From positions 803,379 to 867,378 of the forward strand of contig MU053754.1 in the NCBI GenBank assembly GCA_013239625.1: DNA of 64,000 nt, written 5' to 3'. A program made the position numbers and the translations under genes. Below, one piece after another: positions 49,040-62,300 of the stretch; position 1 is the stretch's first letter, and each line of letters begins with the position of its first letter. Source of the stretch: Lama guanicoe. Taxonomy: Eukaryota. The notes beneath the pieces were generated by a model. The model did no database searches. It was not told the DNA's origin and worked only from the letters and a program-made list of their open reading frames with translations.

Positions 49040-49915
49040 GTGTGCTCATTACTTAGCCCAGAGATGGACGGAGCAAAGGACCAAGTGAGACGGACAGACC
49101 AAAGGGACTGAAGAGAGAGTTGAGAAACAGAACCACACAAATGGAGTCCATTGATGTTTGATAAGGAGGCAAAGGCAACTCAGTGGAAAATGTGTAATCT
49201 TTAGGTAATGGAACAATTGTACATCATTATACCAAAAAAAAAAAAGGCACTTAGCCTCACACTTTCAAAGAAGTGATGCCTTTCAAAACCATCTCAAAAT
49301 GGAGCATTAGACCTAAATGTAAGATGTAAAACTGTAGAAGTTCAGAAAATAACATCAGAGAAAATCTAGGTGACCTCGGGTTTGGCAGTGAGTTTTTTAG
49401 GTATGCCTCAAAAAGGGTGACTTGCGAAGGAAAAAAATTAAGTGAGCCTTCATTAAAATCAGAAATTACACTATTACAGAATGAAAATACAAGGTAGAGA
49501 CTGGAAGGAAATGTTTGCAAAACACATAGCTGATAAGAGACTTGTGTCCAAAATACGCAGAGAACTCTTAACAGTAACCACACAAACAATGCAATTAAAA
49601 ATTGGGAAGAAAAAAATAAAGGAGCAGACCCGTCACCAAAAAAGATGTGCCAGATAAGCATTAAAGAGGGTGTTAAACCTCTTTTTTTTTTAAAGGGAAT
49701 TAAAAGTTAAAATTACGAGTTGTATCCATACCGTTAGAATAGCAAAAATCAAACAGAAAACAACAGACAAACCAAAAAACCACCAGCAGTTGCTGGAGAA
49801 GATGTGGAGTGACGGGAGCTTCCCTGCAGTGCTGGTGGGAGTGTGAAATGGTCCACACTGAAACCCGGCTGGCACTGTAGTTCACGGTGGACACGTGACA
49901 CTAGGCATTTGATGA
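49040..49915 (+). mobile_element. Old L1 (L1MC-like) ORF2 3' fragment
   Basis: 'tttgataaggaggcaaaggcaactcagtgg', 'agacctaaatgtaa', 'agactggaaggaaatgtttgcaa', 'tgctggtgggagtgtgaaatggt'. Confidence 0.8.
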
Positions 49916-50329
49916 AACGCACAGAACTCGAAAGCACAAGTGAGCTTGAATATATACGGTTCTTTTCAAGTTACAGAGGAAGTTAGACGGTTCAGGAGAG
50001 AATGCCAACTGAGGCAAGACAGTGGAAGTGTACTCCAAGGACTGCGTGTGAAAGAACTGACCGTGGTGGGTGGGGGGACTGTGATGCCCTGAGTGATGCT
50101 GGGAATGAGTGGAGACTACGATGAGGGGCCAATGAAAGTGCGTGAGCACTAGCGATAAAGTTCCGCCTCTCTCCGTGTGGATGCGCGTCATGTGTCGTGG
50201 CAGGGCTGGGCCCGTGGACTGGGCTGGAGCCTAGTGGATGGGGCGGAGCCAGATTTCTCCCTGTTGGGGTGGAAGCTTGCAGGCTGCCCGGGAGGAGGCT
50301 ATGTGGATCACTGTGTTGGAGGTGCAGAC

Positions 50330-50668
50330 ATCAGCCGAAACTCACATGGAGCTTAATAGAAAGACAGATGTTCACAGGTAGGGGTATTTCTAGACATCAG
50401 TCTATACGTGGGTTGCTATACTTTGGAAACATTTGTACAAAATTTAAAACCAGTCTGAACTAACCCATAGCGATAGCAGTGAAAACAGAGGTGATCTTCG
50501 GTGCGCTCAGGATGTCAGGAGAAGGACATTTGTTGAGGTGAAGAGAATGCTCTGCATTGTAACCCAGGTAATGTTTGTGCAGGCGTGCACACAGGTAAAG
50601 GCTGAAGAGCTGTACACGTAAGAGCTGTGCGATTCACAGTAAGTTAACTTATGCCTCGATTTTTAAAC
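50330..50668 (+). mobile_element. Old L1 3'UTR fragment (L1MD/ME-like)
   Basis: 'ctgtacacgtaaga...tgtgcgattcac...taagttaacttatgcctcgattttta' matches the terminal motif. Confidence 0.55.
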
Positions 50669-52357
50669 AATGGAGTAGATCATTCCAAATGGTACTGAGA
50701 GGATTTGACTGCATGACATCTGGAGCATCCTTTCTGCTGGGAGCACAAGTTTCGGTGACAAACTGCAGAGCTCCTAACAGATCTCACAAGTCAGGCGCGC
50801 TGCATCCTTGCTTGCTAATGACGTGAGGCAGGGATGGAGACGCACCTTCAGCCTTCTCCTGGTCCCTCCTAACGCTCCCCAGAACATTTGTATTTTGAGA
50901 AATGTTTGCCTCTACTGTGCGGTGTTTCAGTCAGCCATCCACGTGTTAAAGACAAACAGGAGTGTAGAAAATTGCTCTTTTGTCCTTCGCTGGTGGGCTT
51001 TGGGGCTTCATTTGCTTGTAGTCACGTGCTGAGGTTAGATTGTACAGTCCCTGCCATCCTCCCACGCGGCATTAAAATTGGTGATGACGAAATCCAAACA
51101 GGATTGTGCCTTTCCATTATTTTCACCAAACCACAGTCAGTTAACATTCTTCCCCACTAACTTTGATAACTTACTATTGCCTTGGCTGCGTTCACATTCT
51201 CAGGAAGCTCTGTGACTAGTAACCCTGACCATGAAACCCAGGTACTTAGAAGGACGGGACAACGTTGAATTGATTTCAGGTTACACACCTGCCTTTTCTT
51301 CACTAGCAGTGTGAGGGGCGGTCTGCAGTAACTTTGACCTTGGCTTATCCATAGACATCTGTGTTCTCACTGTTCCTTCCCCGGGCTCAGTGCCTTGGCC
51401 TGAAACTGAAATGCTCTTGTAACGAAACAACAAAACAGGAAGGTCCTCACAGACTAACTTCCTTAAAAAGTTCCACTCTAAAATTCCTTGAACAGAGGTC
51501 ACTAAGCCAAGGCCAGAGAGAATGGACTGTAACGGGGGAACGGGATGTTCGAGTGCAAGGCTTGCCTGACCGTCCGCAAGCTTCTGAAACCTAGGATTGG
51601 GGACGCCTGGCCATGTGAGTGAGTGTGGGCAAAACTGGCACTGTCACCGCAGGCCGTGGACTTGGTCTTTTTCTTTTCTCATAATAATACAACCCTTAAT
51701 TTAAAGCTGCTTCTTAACCCATGAATGTTTAAACGGTGTATTTTTTTAATTAGACGGATTTTTACGATATGCAAAGTTCAGGTTTTAATTCTCTTCTTGT
51801 GCTGTTGAGCCAGGCGTTGTGGTCTCTGTGGAGACAGTTCTGAATTAATGGTTTTGGAGTGATGGGCGTCTCTCATCACTCACACTCCTGCAGAGGGGAG
51901 TGTACGAGGAAGCCCTCCGTGTGTGTTTCCCAGAATGCCGTGTGCTGCCCGGCCCTGGCTTGGACTCATGCAAGATTAATGTCCAGAAGGAGATACCAGC
52001 TGGCGCTTGGTTGTTATTTCTGCCTTTTAGCTGCCAAACCTGTCCTCTAAATCTCATATCAGTATAAGACAGAAAAGACTGTTAAGAATTCATAGAGTGA
52101 CCCAGCAAGCTGGCCAAGTAAGTTCTAGGAAAAGCCAGGCATTGTACAGAAGCTTAACAGGGGATGAGGGAAATTATAGCCTCGCATCAGAAAATTCTGT
52201 CCACAAGGACTCTGGAGTGTCTTTCACAGCCTTCTCCTTCTGTCCAGTTTCATCTCTACCACCCCCTGAGCAGGGGCACGCTGCGGTAGACACCCAAACA
52301 GTTTCTCTGCTCCCACTCCTCTTAATCGATGCACAGTGGCCCTGGTGAGTTTTACCC

Positions 52358-52850
52358 AAAGACTATTTTTTAGGGGACTTTCAGTTTAAAACAGAACTGA
52401 GGGAGAGGTACAAGGATTTCCCACCTGTCCCACCCCTACATCCTCTCCCCGTGTTCTCAACACTAGTCATCAAAATGGTACTTTTTTTTATTTTTAAGCA
52501 AGGATGAACCTACATGGGCACATCACAGTCACCCAAAGCCCATAGCTTACCTTAGAGTTTGCACTTGGTGGTGTACATCCTCTGGGAACCGACAAATGTA
52601 CAATGATACGCTGACATGTATCCTTTAGTAGAATATCGTAACATCACACAGGGTGTTTGCCCTAAAAATGCTCTGTACTTTACCGATTTATCCTTCCCTC
52701 CCCCGTAACCCCTGGCCACCACTGATCTTTTTACCATCTCTGTAGTTTTGCCTTTTCCAAAATGTCTTATAGTTGGTATCACACAGTGCGCAGCCTTCTC
52801 AGACGGGCTTCTTTCACTTAGCGACGTGCATCTCAGTGTCCTCCACGTCC
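52358..52850 (-). mobile_element. L1MC1-like 3' end
   Basis: 'gatgaacctacat...cacatca...tcacccaaagcccatag', 'ctgtagttttgccttttcca...tagttgg', 'ggcttctttcacttagc'. Confidence 0.8.
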
Positions 52851-53594
52851 CCAGTGATCTTTACAGACACCAGTCAGATTATATGCCACCCTTCCAAGTA
52901 AAATTATACGACTCCCATTGAAAACGTCTTAGTATGTCCCCAGAGTCTTGCAGCTGATTTTGTGGACAATCTTGCTGCGTCAGACAAGACCCTAACATTA
53001 CTGCTCACCACGGTGGATCCCGCATTGCAGAGAAGTGGGGCTAAAGATAATTACTTGGAATGCCCTTGTAATGTTCTAACCAAACATGAAGAGCTCATTT
53101 TTAAAACTAGAATTTATTATGCAGTGTTTATGTATACGGACAACATATGTGTTGTAGATGTATAAAATTTGAATAAAACTAACCCCTGCAGACTGTCCAA
53201 ATGCTGTGAAGCTACGTTGACCTCTGTATCCTCTTGTACCATAGCATCTTTATCTCTTCCCAGTCACAGCCAGAAGATTGAATTTTTGTGCTTTGTATTA
53301 TCTTTTTAGCAGAAATTTATTGCATGTGTATTTGTCCCTACGTAGATTGTTTGGTGAGTTTTCCAAATCAATTTCATATATTAGAATTATCTTTGTTGTG
53401 GTTGCAGCATGTCCAGTGAGATGCGTGTGTTTTCAGGTTTAACAGATAAAATTCAAGTAACCACCACCATAATGAGGTGGAGCAGATTTCCATCACCCCG
53501 AAATGTAATGTTGTCTCTCTTGGGACTGAATTGCCACCATCCTCCCCCTCATACATATCCGGGGCACTCGACTGATAATTCTCACTATCATTCA

Positions 53595-54110
53595 TCTCAG
53601 AAAATGTAAATTAAAACCCCAGGAGACATTAGCACATCCTGGCCCAGAGGATCGACATGGAAGAGACTGACCTAGCAAGTGTTGCTGAAGATGTGGAGCA
53701 ACTGGATCACTCTTTCCCGGCTGCTGGGGACTTAGAATGTCACTTCGCAAAACAATGTGACATTTTTTCAGAAGGATACACACACCACGCACCGTACAAC
53801 CCAGCAGTTCCCTCCCAGGAGTTACTCTGAAGACGTGATAACATGTATGTCCTTGCAGAGGTGGATGCCCCAGTGCCAGCAGCTCTATTCGTAATAGCCC
53901 CACGCTGGAAGTGACAGCAGTGTCCGTCCACAGGGGAAAAGATAAATTGTGGTACGTTGATAGCTACTTAGCAGCAGAAGTGAAGGGACCATTACTACCT
54001 GCGACAGAGTGGGTGAATGTCAAAATTAGTATGTTGGAGAGAAAGCAGATTTCAAAACAGAGCACTCACTGCCTGATTCCATCTGTGTTAAATTCTGCAA
54101 CAGGCAAGAC
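53595..54110 (+). mobile_element. Old L1 (L1ME-like) fragment; second copy at 55718-56233
   Basis: 'aaatgtaaattaaaacc', 'caagtgttgctgaagatgtggagcaactgga', 'gataaattgtggta', 'ctgcctgattccat'. Confidence 0.7.
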
Positions 54111-54389
54111 AGTTTTAATTGCTTCTGTGCTTTATTTAAAAAAAGATGCTCAGTATGCAGTGCTTAGTGACTTGATTTTTTCATTTAGGATCAGGTTCCT
54201 AAGATACTGCTGCATGTTGGTGTCGTTCACTATAGGTCCTGTATCCTACTTGTGTGTCACATTTTACGGGTCACCTGGCGAGATTTGGTCCACTGACTGC
54301 ACTTTGCCACCCTACCCTCTGCTTTAAGCTCTCATCCAAGTGCTCAGGACCCCAGACTCCGGATACCTGGACATAATCAACCTCTAGCA

Positions 54390-54604
54390 CAGGAGTCAAC
54401 CAACTGCAGTCTGCGGGCCAAGTCTGGCCCTCCACTTATTTTGTTAAATGAAGTTTTATTGGGACACAGTCAGGTTCACTTGCTTGTGGGTTGTTTCTGG
54501 CTGCAAAGGCAGTGTTGAGCAGTTGCAACACACACCACGTGCCGGGCAGAGTCTGGATTTCACTGCCCAGCACCTGACAGGAAAATTCTGCAGAAGGCCC
54601 TCTG
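54390..54604. mobile_element. MER58A-like hAT DNA transposon; second copy at 56513-56727
   Basis: 'ctgcgggccaagtctggccc', 'aaatgaagttttattgggacacag', 'gttgagcagttgcaaca'. Confidence 0.75.
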
Positions 54605-57007
54605 CACCACGGTATGAACCAGGAGCTTCACCTGGAAGTGTGTGCTGGGCAAATGCAAGGCAGAGATGCCCTTCAGGGCTAGTTGGGGTGAGTTACTTAC
54701 ATTATGCTGCCTACAGCTATGGAAAATACCCAAGGCTGAGGCTCCTGGCCGCACTGGAAAACACCCGACTGCATTTAAAATTATTAGATCTCTGTAGCCT
54801 GTGCACCCTAGTGTTCACGGCTTTGTGATTCTCACGCCTGAACGGGCCAGGCAGCAGTCTCGGCATAAGCAGAGGCATACGACGATGTCTTGTAGTTGGT
54901 ATCACACAGTGCGCAGCCTTCTCAGACGGGCTTCTTTCACTTAGCGACGTGCATCTCAGTGTCCTCCACGTCCCCAGTGATCTTTACAGACACCAGTCAG
55001 ATTATATGCCACCCTTCCAAGTAAAATTATACGACTCCCATTGAAAACTTCTTAGTATGTCCCCAGAGTCTTGCAGCTGATTTTGTGGACAATCTTGCTG
55101 CGTCAGACAAGACCCTGACATTACTGCTCACCACGGTGGATCCCGCATTGCAGAGAAGTGGGGCTAAAGATAATTACTTGGAATGCCCTTGTAATGTTCT
55201 AACCAAACATGAAGAGCTCATTTTTAAAACTAGAATTTATTATGCAGTGTTTATGTATACGGACAACATATGTGTTGTAGATGTATAAAATTTGAATAAA
55301 ACTAACCCCTGCAGACTGTCCAAATGCTGTGAAGCTACGTTGACCTCTGTATCCTCTTGTACCATAGCATCTTTATCTCTTCCCAGTCACAGCCAGAAGA
55401 TTGAATTTTTGTGCTTTGTATTATCTTTTTAGCAGAAATTTACTGCATGTGTATTTGTCCCTAAGTAGATTGTTTGGTGAGTTTTCCAAATCAATTTCAT
55501 ATATTAGAATTATCTTTGTTGTGGTTGCAGCATGTCCAGTGAGATGCGTGTGTTTTCAGGTTTAACAGATAAAATTCAAGTAACCACCACCATAATGAGG
55601 TGGAGCAGATTTCCATCACCCCGAAATGTAATGTTGTCTCTCTTGGGACTGAATTGCCACCATCCTCCCCCTCATACATATCCGGGGCACTCGACTGATA
55701 ATTCTCACTATCATTCATCTCAGAAAATGTAAATTAAAACCCCAGGAGACATTAGCACATCCTGGCCCAGAGGATCGACATGGAAGAGACTGACCTAGCA
55801 AGTGTTGCTGAAGATGTGGAGCAACTGGATCACTCTTTCCCGGCTGCTGGGGACTTAGAATGTCACTTCGCAAAACAATGTGACATTTTTTCAGAAGGAT
55901 ACACACACCACGCACCGTACAACCCAGCAGTTCCCTCCCAGGAGTTACTCTGAAGACGTGATAACATGTATGTCCTTGCAGAGGTGGATGCCCCAGTGCC
56001 AGCAGCTCTATTCGTAATAGCCCCACGCTGGAAGTGACAGCAGTGTCCGTCCACAGGGGAAAAGATAAATTGTGGTACGTTGATAGCTACTTAGCAGCAG
56101 AAGTGAAGGGACCATTACTACCTGCGACAGAGTGGGTGAATGTCAGAATTAGTACGTTGGAGAGAAAGCAGATTTCAAAAGAGAGCACTGACTGCCTGAT
56201 TCCATCTGTGTTAAATTCTGCAACAGGCAAGACAGTTTTAATTGCTTCTGTGCTTTATTTAAAAAAAGATGCTCAGTATGCAATGCTTAGTGACTTGACT
56301 TTTTCATTTAGGATCAGGTTCCTAAGATACTGCTGCATGTTGCTGTCGTTCACTATAGGTCCTGTATCCTACTTGTGTGTCACATTTTACGGGTCACCTG
56401 GTGAGATTTGGTCCACTGACTGCACTTTGCCACCCTACCCTCTGCTTTAAGCTCTCATCCAAGTGCTCAGGACCCCAGACTCCGGATACCTGGACATAAT
56501 CAACCTCTAGCACAGGAGTCAACCAACTGCAGTCTGCGGGCCAAGTCTGGCCCTCCACTTATTTTGTTAAATGAAGTTTTATTGGGACACAGTCAGGTTC
56601 ACTTGCTTGTGGGTTGTTTCTGGCTGCAAAGGCAGTGTTGAGCAGTTGCAACACACACCACGTGCCGGGCAGAGTCTGGATTTCACTGCCCAGCACCTGA
56701 CAGGAAAATTCTGCAGAAGGCCCTCTGCACCACGGTATGAACCAGGAGCTTCACCTGGAAGTGTGTGCTGGGCAAATGCAAGGCAGAGATGCCCTTCAGG
56801 GCTAGTTGGGGTGAGTTACTTACATTATGCTGCCTACAGCTATGGAAAATACCCAAGGCTGAGGCTCCTGGCCGCACTGGAAAACACCCGACTGCATTTA
56901 AAATTATTAGATCTCTGTAGCCTGTGCACCCTAGTGTTCACGGCTTTGTGATTCTCACGCCTGAACGGGCCAGGCAGCAGTCTCGGCATAAGCAGAGGCA
57001 TACGACG

Positions 57008-57386
57008 NNNNNNNNNNNNNNNNNNNNNNNNNNNNNNNNNNNNNNNNNNNNNNNNNNNNNNNNNNNNNNNNNNNNNNNNNNNNNNNNNNNNNNNNNNNNN
57101 NNNNNNNNNNNNNNNNNNNNNNNNNNNNNNNNNNNNNNNNNNNNNNNNNNNNNNNNNNNNNNNNNNNNNNNNNNNNNNNNNNNNNNNNNNNNNNNNNNNN
57201 NNNNNNNNNNNNNNNNNNNNNNNNNNNNNNNNNNNNNNNNNNNNNNNNNNNNNNNNNNNNNNNNNNNNNNNNNNNNNNNNNNNNNNNNNNNNNNNNNNNN
57301 NNNNNNNNNNNNNNNNNNNNNNNNNNNNNNNNNNNNNNNNNNNNNNNNNNNNNNNNNNNNNNNNNNNNNNNNNNNNNNNNNNNNNN
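57008..57386. other. Assembly gap (379 N)
   Basis: Run of N. Confidence 1.
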
Positions 57387-58248
57387 TTTTATTTTCCTAA
57401 ACCTTTTAAAGACGCTCTGAGCTGAAGTTATCCTTAAAATGCCCCTTTTTCCCCTCCTGACTTAATAGCAAAACCGCTTTCTACCCATTGGCTTTCTCTT
57501 GACCCCGTAAGCCCCATTCTCTAAGAAAGCAGACGGTTGACATGTTGCCAGAAAAGTTCCAAAATGAGTAGCAACAGCCCCACCAGGTAGTGTCACACTA
57601 ACCAATCCGTGGGCCAGTCTTTCCTGGAAAATATTGAAGAGAAGGGTCACTCCATTCAGAAATTCTTTCCTTAAACATAACCTGAAAAGGGAGCACCTGA
57701 AACACATATTATTTGGGGAGAGAAAAAAAAAGGACCCAGTGTCTTGTGTCAAAACTCTCTTATTCTCATTCTGCCAAGCCTACAGTGCACAGAAATGTGT
57801 GTCTGGATTGAACTTTCTGCCCACTTATTGCCGTTTCCCCAGCATCATCTGCAGGGTCTTAAAATCAGGCAAAAAAATCTCTATTGAAACCACTAACCAT
57901 GTCTCCTGGACTGAGAGAGGACCCAGATGAAGAGGTGGAACTGTTCCAGGCCTCCGTGCCAATAGGACACTGAAGAAAGTGTCCAAATTTCTCTAGTCTC
58001 CTGAGAACCCGGGGTGGCCGGCTCCGCTGGGGCCGTAAACCTGGAATGGGAGCCCCCTCCAACCCAGCAGGAGAGCTGGCGGCTGGCTGCCGCGTGGATC
58101 ACAGTAACAAAAACACTGGTGGTCGCTGACGCCTCGAGTTACCAGCCACAGCTTGATGAGTTTGTAAGACGAGAAGTGTCCTTTTTCTTTTGGATGGGGC
58201 TTTTTCGGCTGGCACGTCAGCATTTCCGTCCTCTTATCTGACGAGAAA

Positions 58249-58512
58249 GAATTAGTACGTTGGAGAGAAAGCAGATTTCAAAAGAGAGCACTGACTGCCT
58301 GATTCCATCTGTGTTAAATTCTGCAACAGGCAAGACAGTTTTAATTGCTTCTGTGCTTTATTTAAAAAAAGATGCTCAGTATGCAATGCTTAGTGACTTG
58401 ACTTTTTCATTTAGGATCAGGTTCCTAAGATACTGCTGCATGTTGCTGTCGTTCACTATAGGTCCTGTATCCTACTTGTGTGTCACATTTTACGGGTCAC
58501 CTGGTGAGATTT
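58249..58512 (+). repeat. 264-bp third copy of 56146-56409
   Basis: It carries the copy-2 alleles of the 2123-bp duplication. Confidence 0.9.
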
Positions 58513-59310
58513 NNNNNNNNNNNNNNNNNNNNNNNNNNNNNNNNNNNNNNNNNNNNNNNNNNNNNNNNNNNNNNNNNNNNNNNNNNNNNNNNNNNNNNNN
58601 NNNNNNNNNNNNNNNNNNNNNNNNNNNNNNNNNNNNNNNNNNNNNNNNNNNNNNNNNNNNNNNNNNNNNNNNNNNNNNNNNNNNNNNNNNNNNNNNNNNN
58701 NNNNNNNNNNNNNNNNNNNNNNNNNNNNNNNNNNNNNNNNNNNNNNNNNNNNNNNNNNNNNNNNNNNNNNNNNNNNNNNNNNNNNNNNNNNNNNNNNNNN
58801 NNNNNNNNNNNNNNNNNNNNNNNNNNNNNNNNNNNNNNNNNNNNNNNNNNNNNNNNNNNNNNNNNNNNNNNNNNNNNNNNNNNNNNNNNNNNNNNNNNNN
58901 NNNNNNNNNNNNNNNNNNNNNNNNNNNNNNNNNNNNNNNNNNNNNNNNNNNNNNNNNNNNNNNNNNNNNNNNNNNNNNNNNNNNNNNNNNNNNNNNNNNN
59001 NNNNNNNNNNNNNNNNNNNNNNNNNNNNNNNNNNNNNNNNNNNNNNNNNNNNNNNNNNNNNNNNNNNNNNNNNNNNNNNNNNNNNNNNNNNNNNNNNNNN
59101 NNNNNNNNNNNNNNNNNNNNNNNNNNNNNNNNNNNNNNNNNNNNNNNNNNNNNNNNNNNNNNNNNNNNNNNNNNNNNNNNNNNNNNNNNNNNNNNNNNNN
59201 NNNNNNNNNNNNNNNNNNNNNNNNNNNNNNNNNNNNNNNNNNNNNNNNNNNNNNNNNNNNNNNNNNNNNNNNNNNNNNNNNNNNNNNNNNNNNNNNNNNN
59301 NNNNNNNNNT
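58513..59310. other. Assembly gap (798 N)
   Basis: Run of N. Confidence 1.
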
Positions 59311-62300
59311 TTTATTTTCCTAAACCTTTTAAAGACGCTCTGAGCTGAAGTTATCCTTAAAATGCCCCTTTTTCCCCTCCTGACTTAATAGCAAAACCGC
59401 TTTCTACCCATTGGCTTTCTCTTGACCCCGTAAGCCCCATTCTCTAAGAAAGCAGACGGTTGACATGTTGCCAGAAAAGTTCCAAAATGAGTAGCAACAG
59501 CCCCACCAGGTAGTGTCACACTAACCAATCCGTGGGCCAGTCTCTCCTGGAAAATATTGAAGAGAAGGGTCACTCCATTCAGAAATTCTTTCCTTAAACA
59601 TAACCTGAAAAGGGAGCACCTGAAACACATATTATTTGGGGAGAGAAAAAAAAAGGACCCAGTGTCTTGTGTCAAAACTCTCTTATTCTCATTCTGCCAA
59701 GCCTACAGTGCACAGAAATGTGTGTCTGGATTGAACTTTCTGCCCACTTATTGCCGTTTCCCCAGCATCATCTGCAGGGTCTTAAAATCAGGCAAAAAAA
59801 TCTCTATTGAAACCACTAACCATGTCTCCTGGACTGAGAGAGGACCCAGATGAAGAGGTGGAACTGTTCCAGGCCTCCGTGCCAATAGGACACTGAAGAA
59901 AGTGTCCAAATTTCTCTAGTCTCCTGAGAACCCGGGGTGGCCGGCTCCGCTGGGGCCGTAAACCTGGAATGGGAGCCCCCTCCAACCCAGCAGGAGAGCT
60001 GGCGGCTGGCTGCCGCGTGGATCACAGTAACAAAAACACTGGTGGTCGCTGACGCCTCGAGTTACCAGCCACAGCTTGATGAGTTTGTAAGACGAGAAGT
60101 GTCCTTTTCCTTTTGGATGGGGCTTTTTCGGCTGGCACGTCAGCATTTCCGTCCTCTTATCTGACGAGAAACTCGCAAGTGTACCTGTGAGGCAGGGAGG
60201 AAATGTGCCCCCGCTCGCAGGCGGGGAAACCGGACAGAGAGGAAAGGAGCGCTTCACCCTGTGTCCAGAGCTTCAGAAAAAAGATCAGCGGCCTCCCGGC
60301 TCAGGATACAACTGGCCAGGCAAACCCAGGCCCTTGCTTTGGCAGGAAGTTCTCTGCTTCTTGTGCATGTGAAAGAAAGACTGGGGAATGCTGCTGGGCT
60401 GCTGGAAGAAAGGGGAATCCAGGATGGTCTCTCCCTTGCTTCAAGCCGAGACGCAGGATATCTGCACTGTTACTTCTCACAAGAGCCTCGGGGAGGAAGG
60501 CTGTAATCTTGATGTAACAAGGGTGATTTATTTACACCATGGATTCAGGACTCAAGGGGACATAGAATTAGAAGATAATTTGTGTCCAGTGTATGTTATC
60601 TGCCTAAGGATTATTATTGATTCTGTCTGTCAGGATTTTCCCCCCACCATTAGAGGAATTGTTCCTAGAAATCTGGACTGCTGGGATCCGCACAGCTCTG
60701 TTTAAATCATGAACGCATAAGCCTGGCTTGTGGAGTTGCGGTTCTTGCTTTAATATTTATTTTACGAACTTGGAGGTTTTTCCTGTAAGTAGAGTCTTTG
60801 CTCTTAGCCTTTCCTGCTTGCAGGGCTGCGAGTCAATCCTGCCTCCCACCCTGACCTGATCTCCACCCACCCCAGCACCCAGACACACCCCCGGGCAGAC
60901 CCAGCTGCTTGGTTTATCTGCGCCTGAGTACAGCACATCCATTCAGGAGGGTGGAGTGGTGGGGTGGGGTGGGGTGGACAGTAAAAGACTTGGCTGAAAT
61001 CTTTTTCTCCCCGCTTGGCTCCCCGGGAAGGCACTTCTGTCTCTCACCAGGACGTGGTTAACATGACTGTTTTGAACAAGAAACCATCAGAGAAGTGTTA
61101 CTAATGTGGATCGTGAGATGTACCTTCTTCCGGGAATTTATTCATGATCCCCCTTGGTGTGACAGGGTTCTCTTTCCATCCTCTCAATTCTGGCTGGGAT
61201 TTTGCCTTCACTCTCTTGAGCAAAGGAAGTTATTACAGAGAACAGTAGGAGAAGTTTAATCTATCAGTTTTGCACTTACTGCCTACAAATGTCTCCCCAT
61301 CTTTTTCATGCAATTTATCAAAGCTTACGACTGCCTTAACTTGGGGGGGTATATCTTATATGCTACCGTTACCTCTGGCAAGCTCAGGATTTCCTCCTGG
61401 GCATGCAAATAAAATCCTACATGTATGTTCATTTTGGTCATCAGACTCCATCTCACACTCTGCATATAACCTGAAATTGTGTCTCTCTCTTTTTTTTTGT
61501 TATACAGCCTGTCCCTGGTGTAGTTCGGGGCTCTGAAATAAAATGAAATCAAATAGCAAGGAATCTCTTCTACTGCCTTCTCAGGTGTGTCCTCAGTTAT
61601 CAACAGATTTACTTGTGTTGATATTCTTGTCACTTCAGGGTCCAAAACTGGACCAGGGCATAACTTAAAAACAGGACAGTGTGGGTCACAGTGAAGGATG
61701 GTTCAGTAATTTAGATGTGAGGCTCCACTACTGAAACACACAGTTCCAAATTCCAGTGACTCTCTCCACCTTCTCAGAGTATCCACCTCAACAAAGTACT
61801 GACCATCAATGAGCTGAAAGGAATTTCAGAGTCCAAAAATATTTACCTCCATCCAAATAGGGTTAAGAGCTGGATACAAACAATAATTAGGCTCCCTGGG
61901 CGTTTGGGCAAGTGTCTGTATGCACATTAAAATTGTAGAGACCCAATCAAAGTGGTGTGTGAACTAAAGTAAAAGTTATGTGGTGGAAACACGTGATGAA
62001 ACTGCGTCAGCTGCACACAGCCGTGCGACTGAGGGCCTGCTTACTGGGAGGCTGATGGACGGCAGGTCTGCAGGATGCTACTCTGACAGGAAGTGGATGA
62101 ACAAGACTTGAGCGCTCTCTGCATTATTTCTTACTTGCACAAGGATCTACCGTTTCCTCAATATAAAAAATACAATCGCAGGCATTCCATGGAGGGAAGG
62201 CAGAAGGATCGCAGAAGATGTACGTGAAGGCCTTTGGAGATTTTCCACACAGGTTAGGTAGTCTCGGGAGCTGGATGTGGTGTTTAGGATCTAAGGAGTA

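Larger units (their letters stand above)
52762..57007. repeat. Head-to-tail 2123-bp duplication (52762-54884 and 54885-57007), probably assembly-derived
   Basis: ORF pairs are offset by exactly 2123. I counted about 13 substitutions by eye. The second copy ends exactly at the N gap. Confidence 0.95.
57388..60171. repeat. 861-bp duplicated block (57388-58248 and 59311-60171), each copy starting at a gap edge
   Basis: The offset is 1923. I saw two substitutions: agtctTtcc/agtctCtcc and cttttTctt/cttttCctt. Confidence 0.95.

Noticed and set aside
56924..59348. Long ORFs of 158, 287 and 362 aa
   Set aside because: They run through N gaps.
61325..61665. Minus-strand ORF and exon-like segments
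   Set aside because: Acceptors are purine-rich or weak, the peptides are unrecognised, and no consistent gene model can be built.
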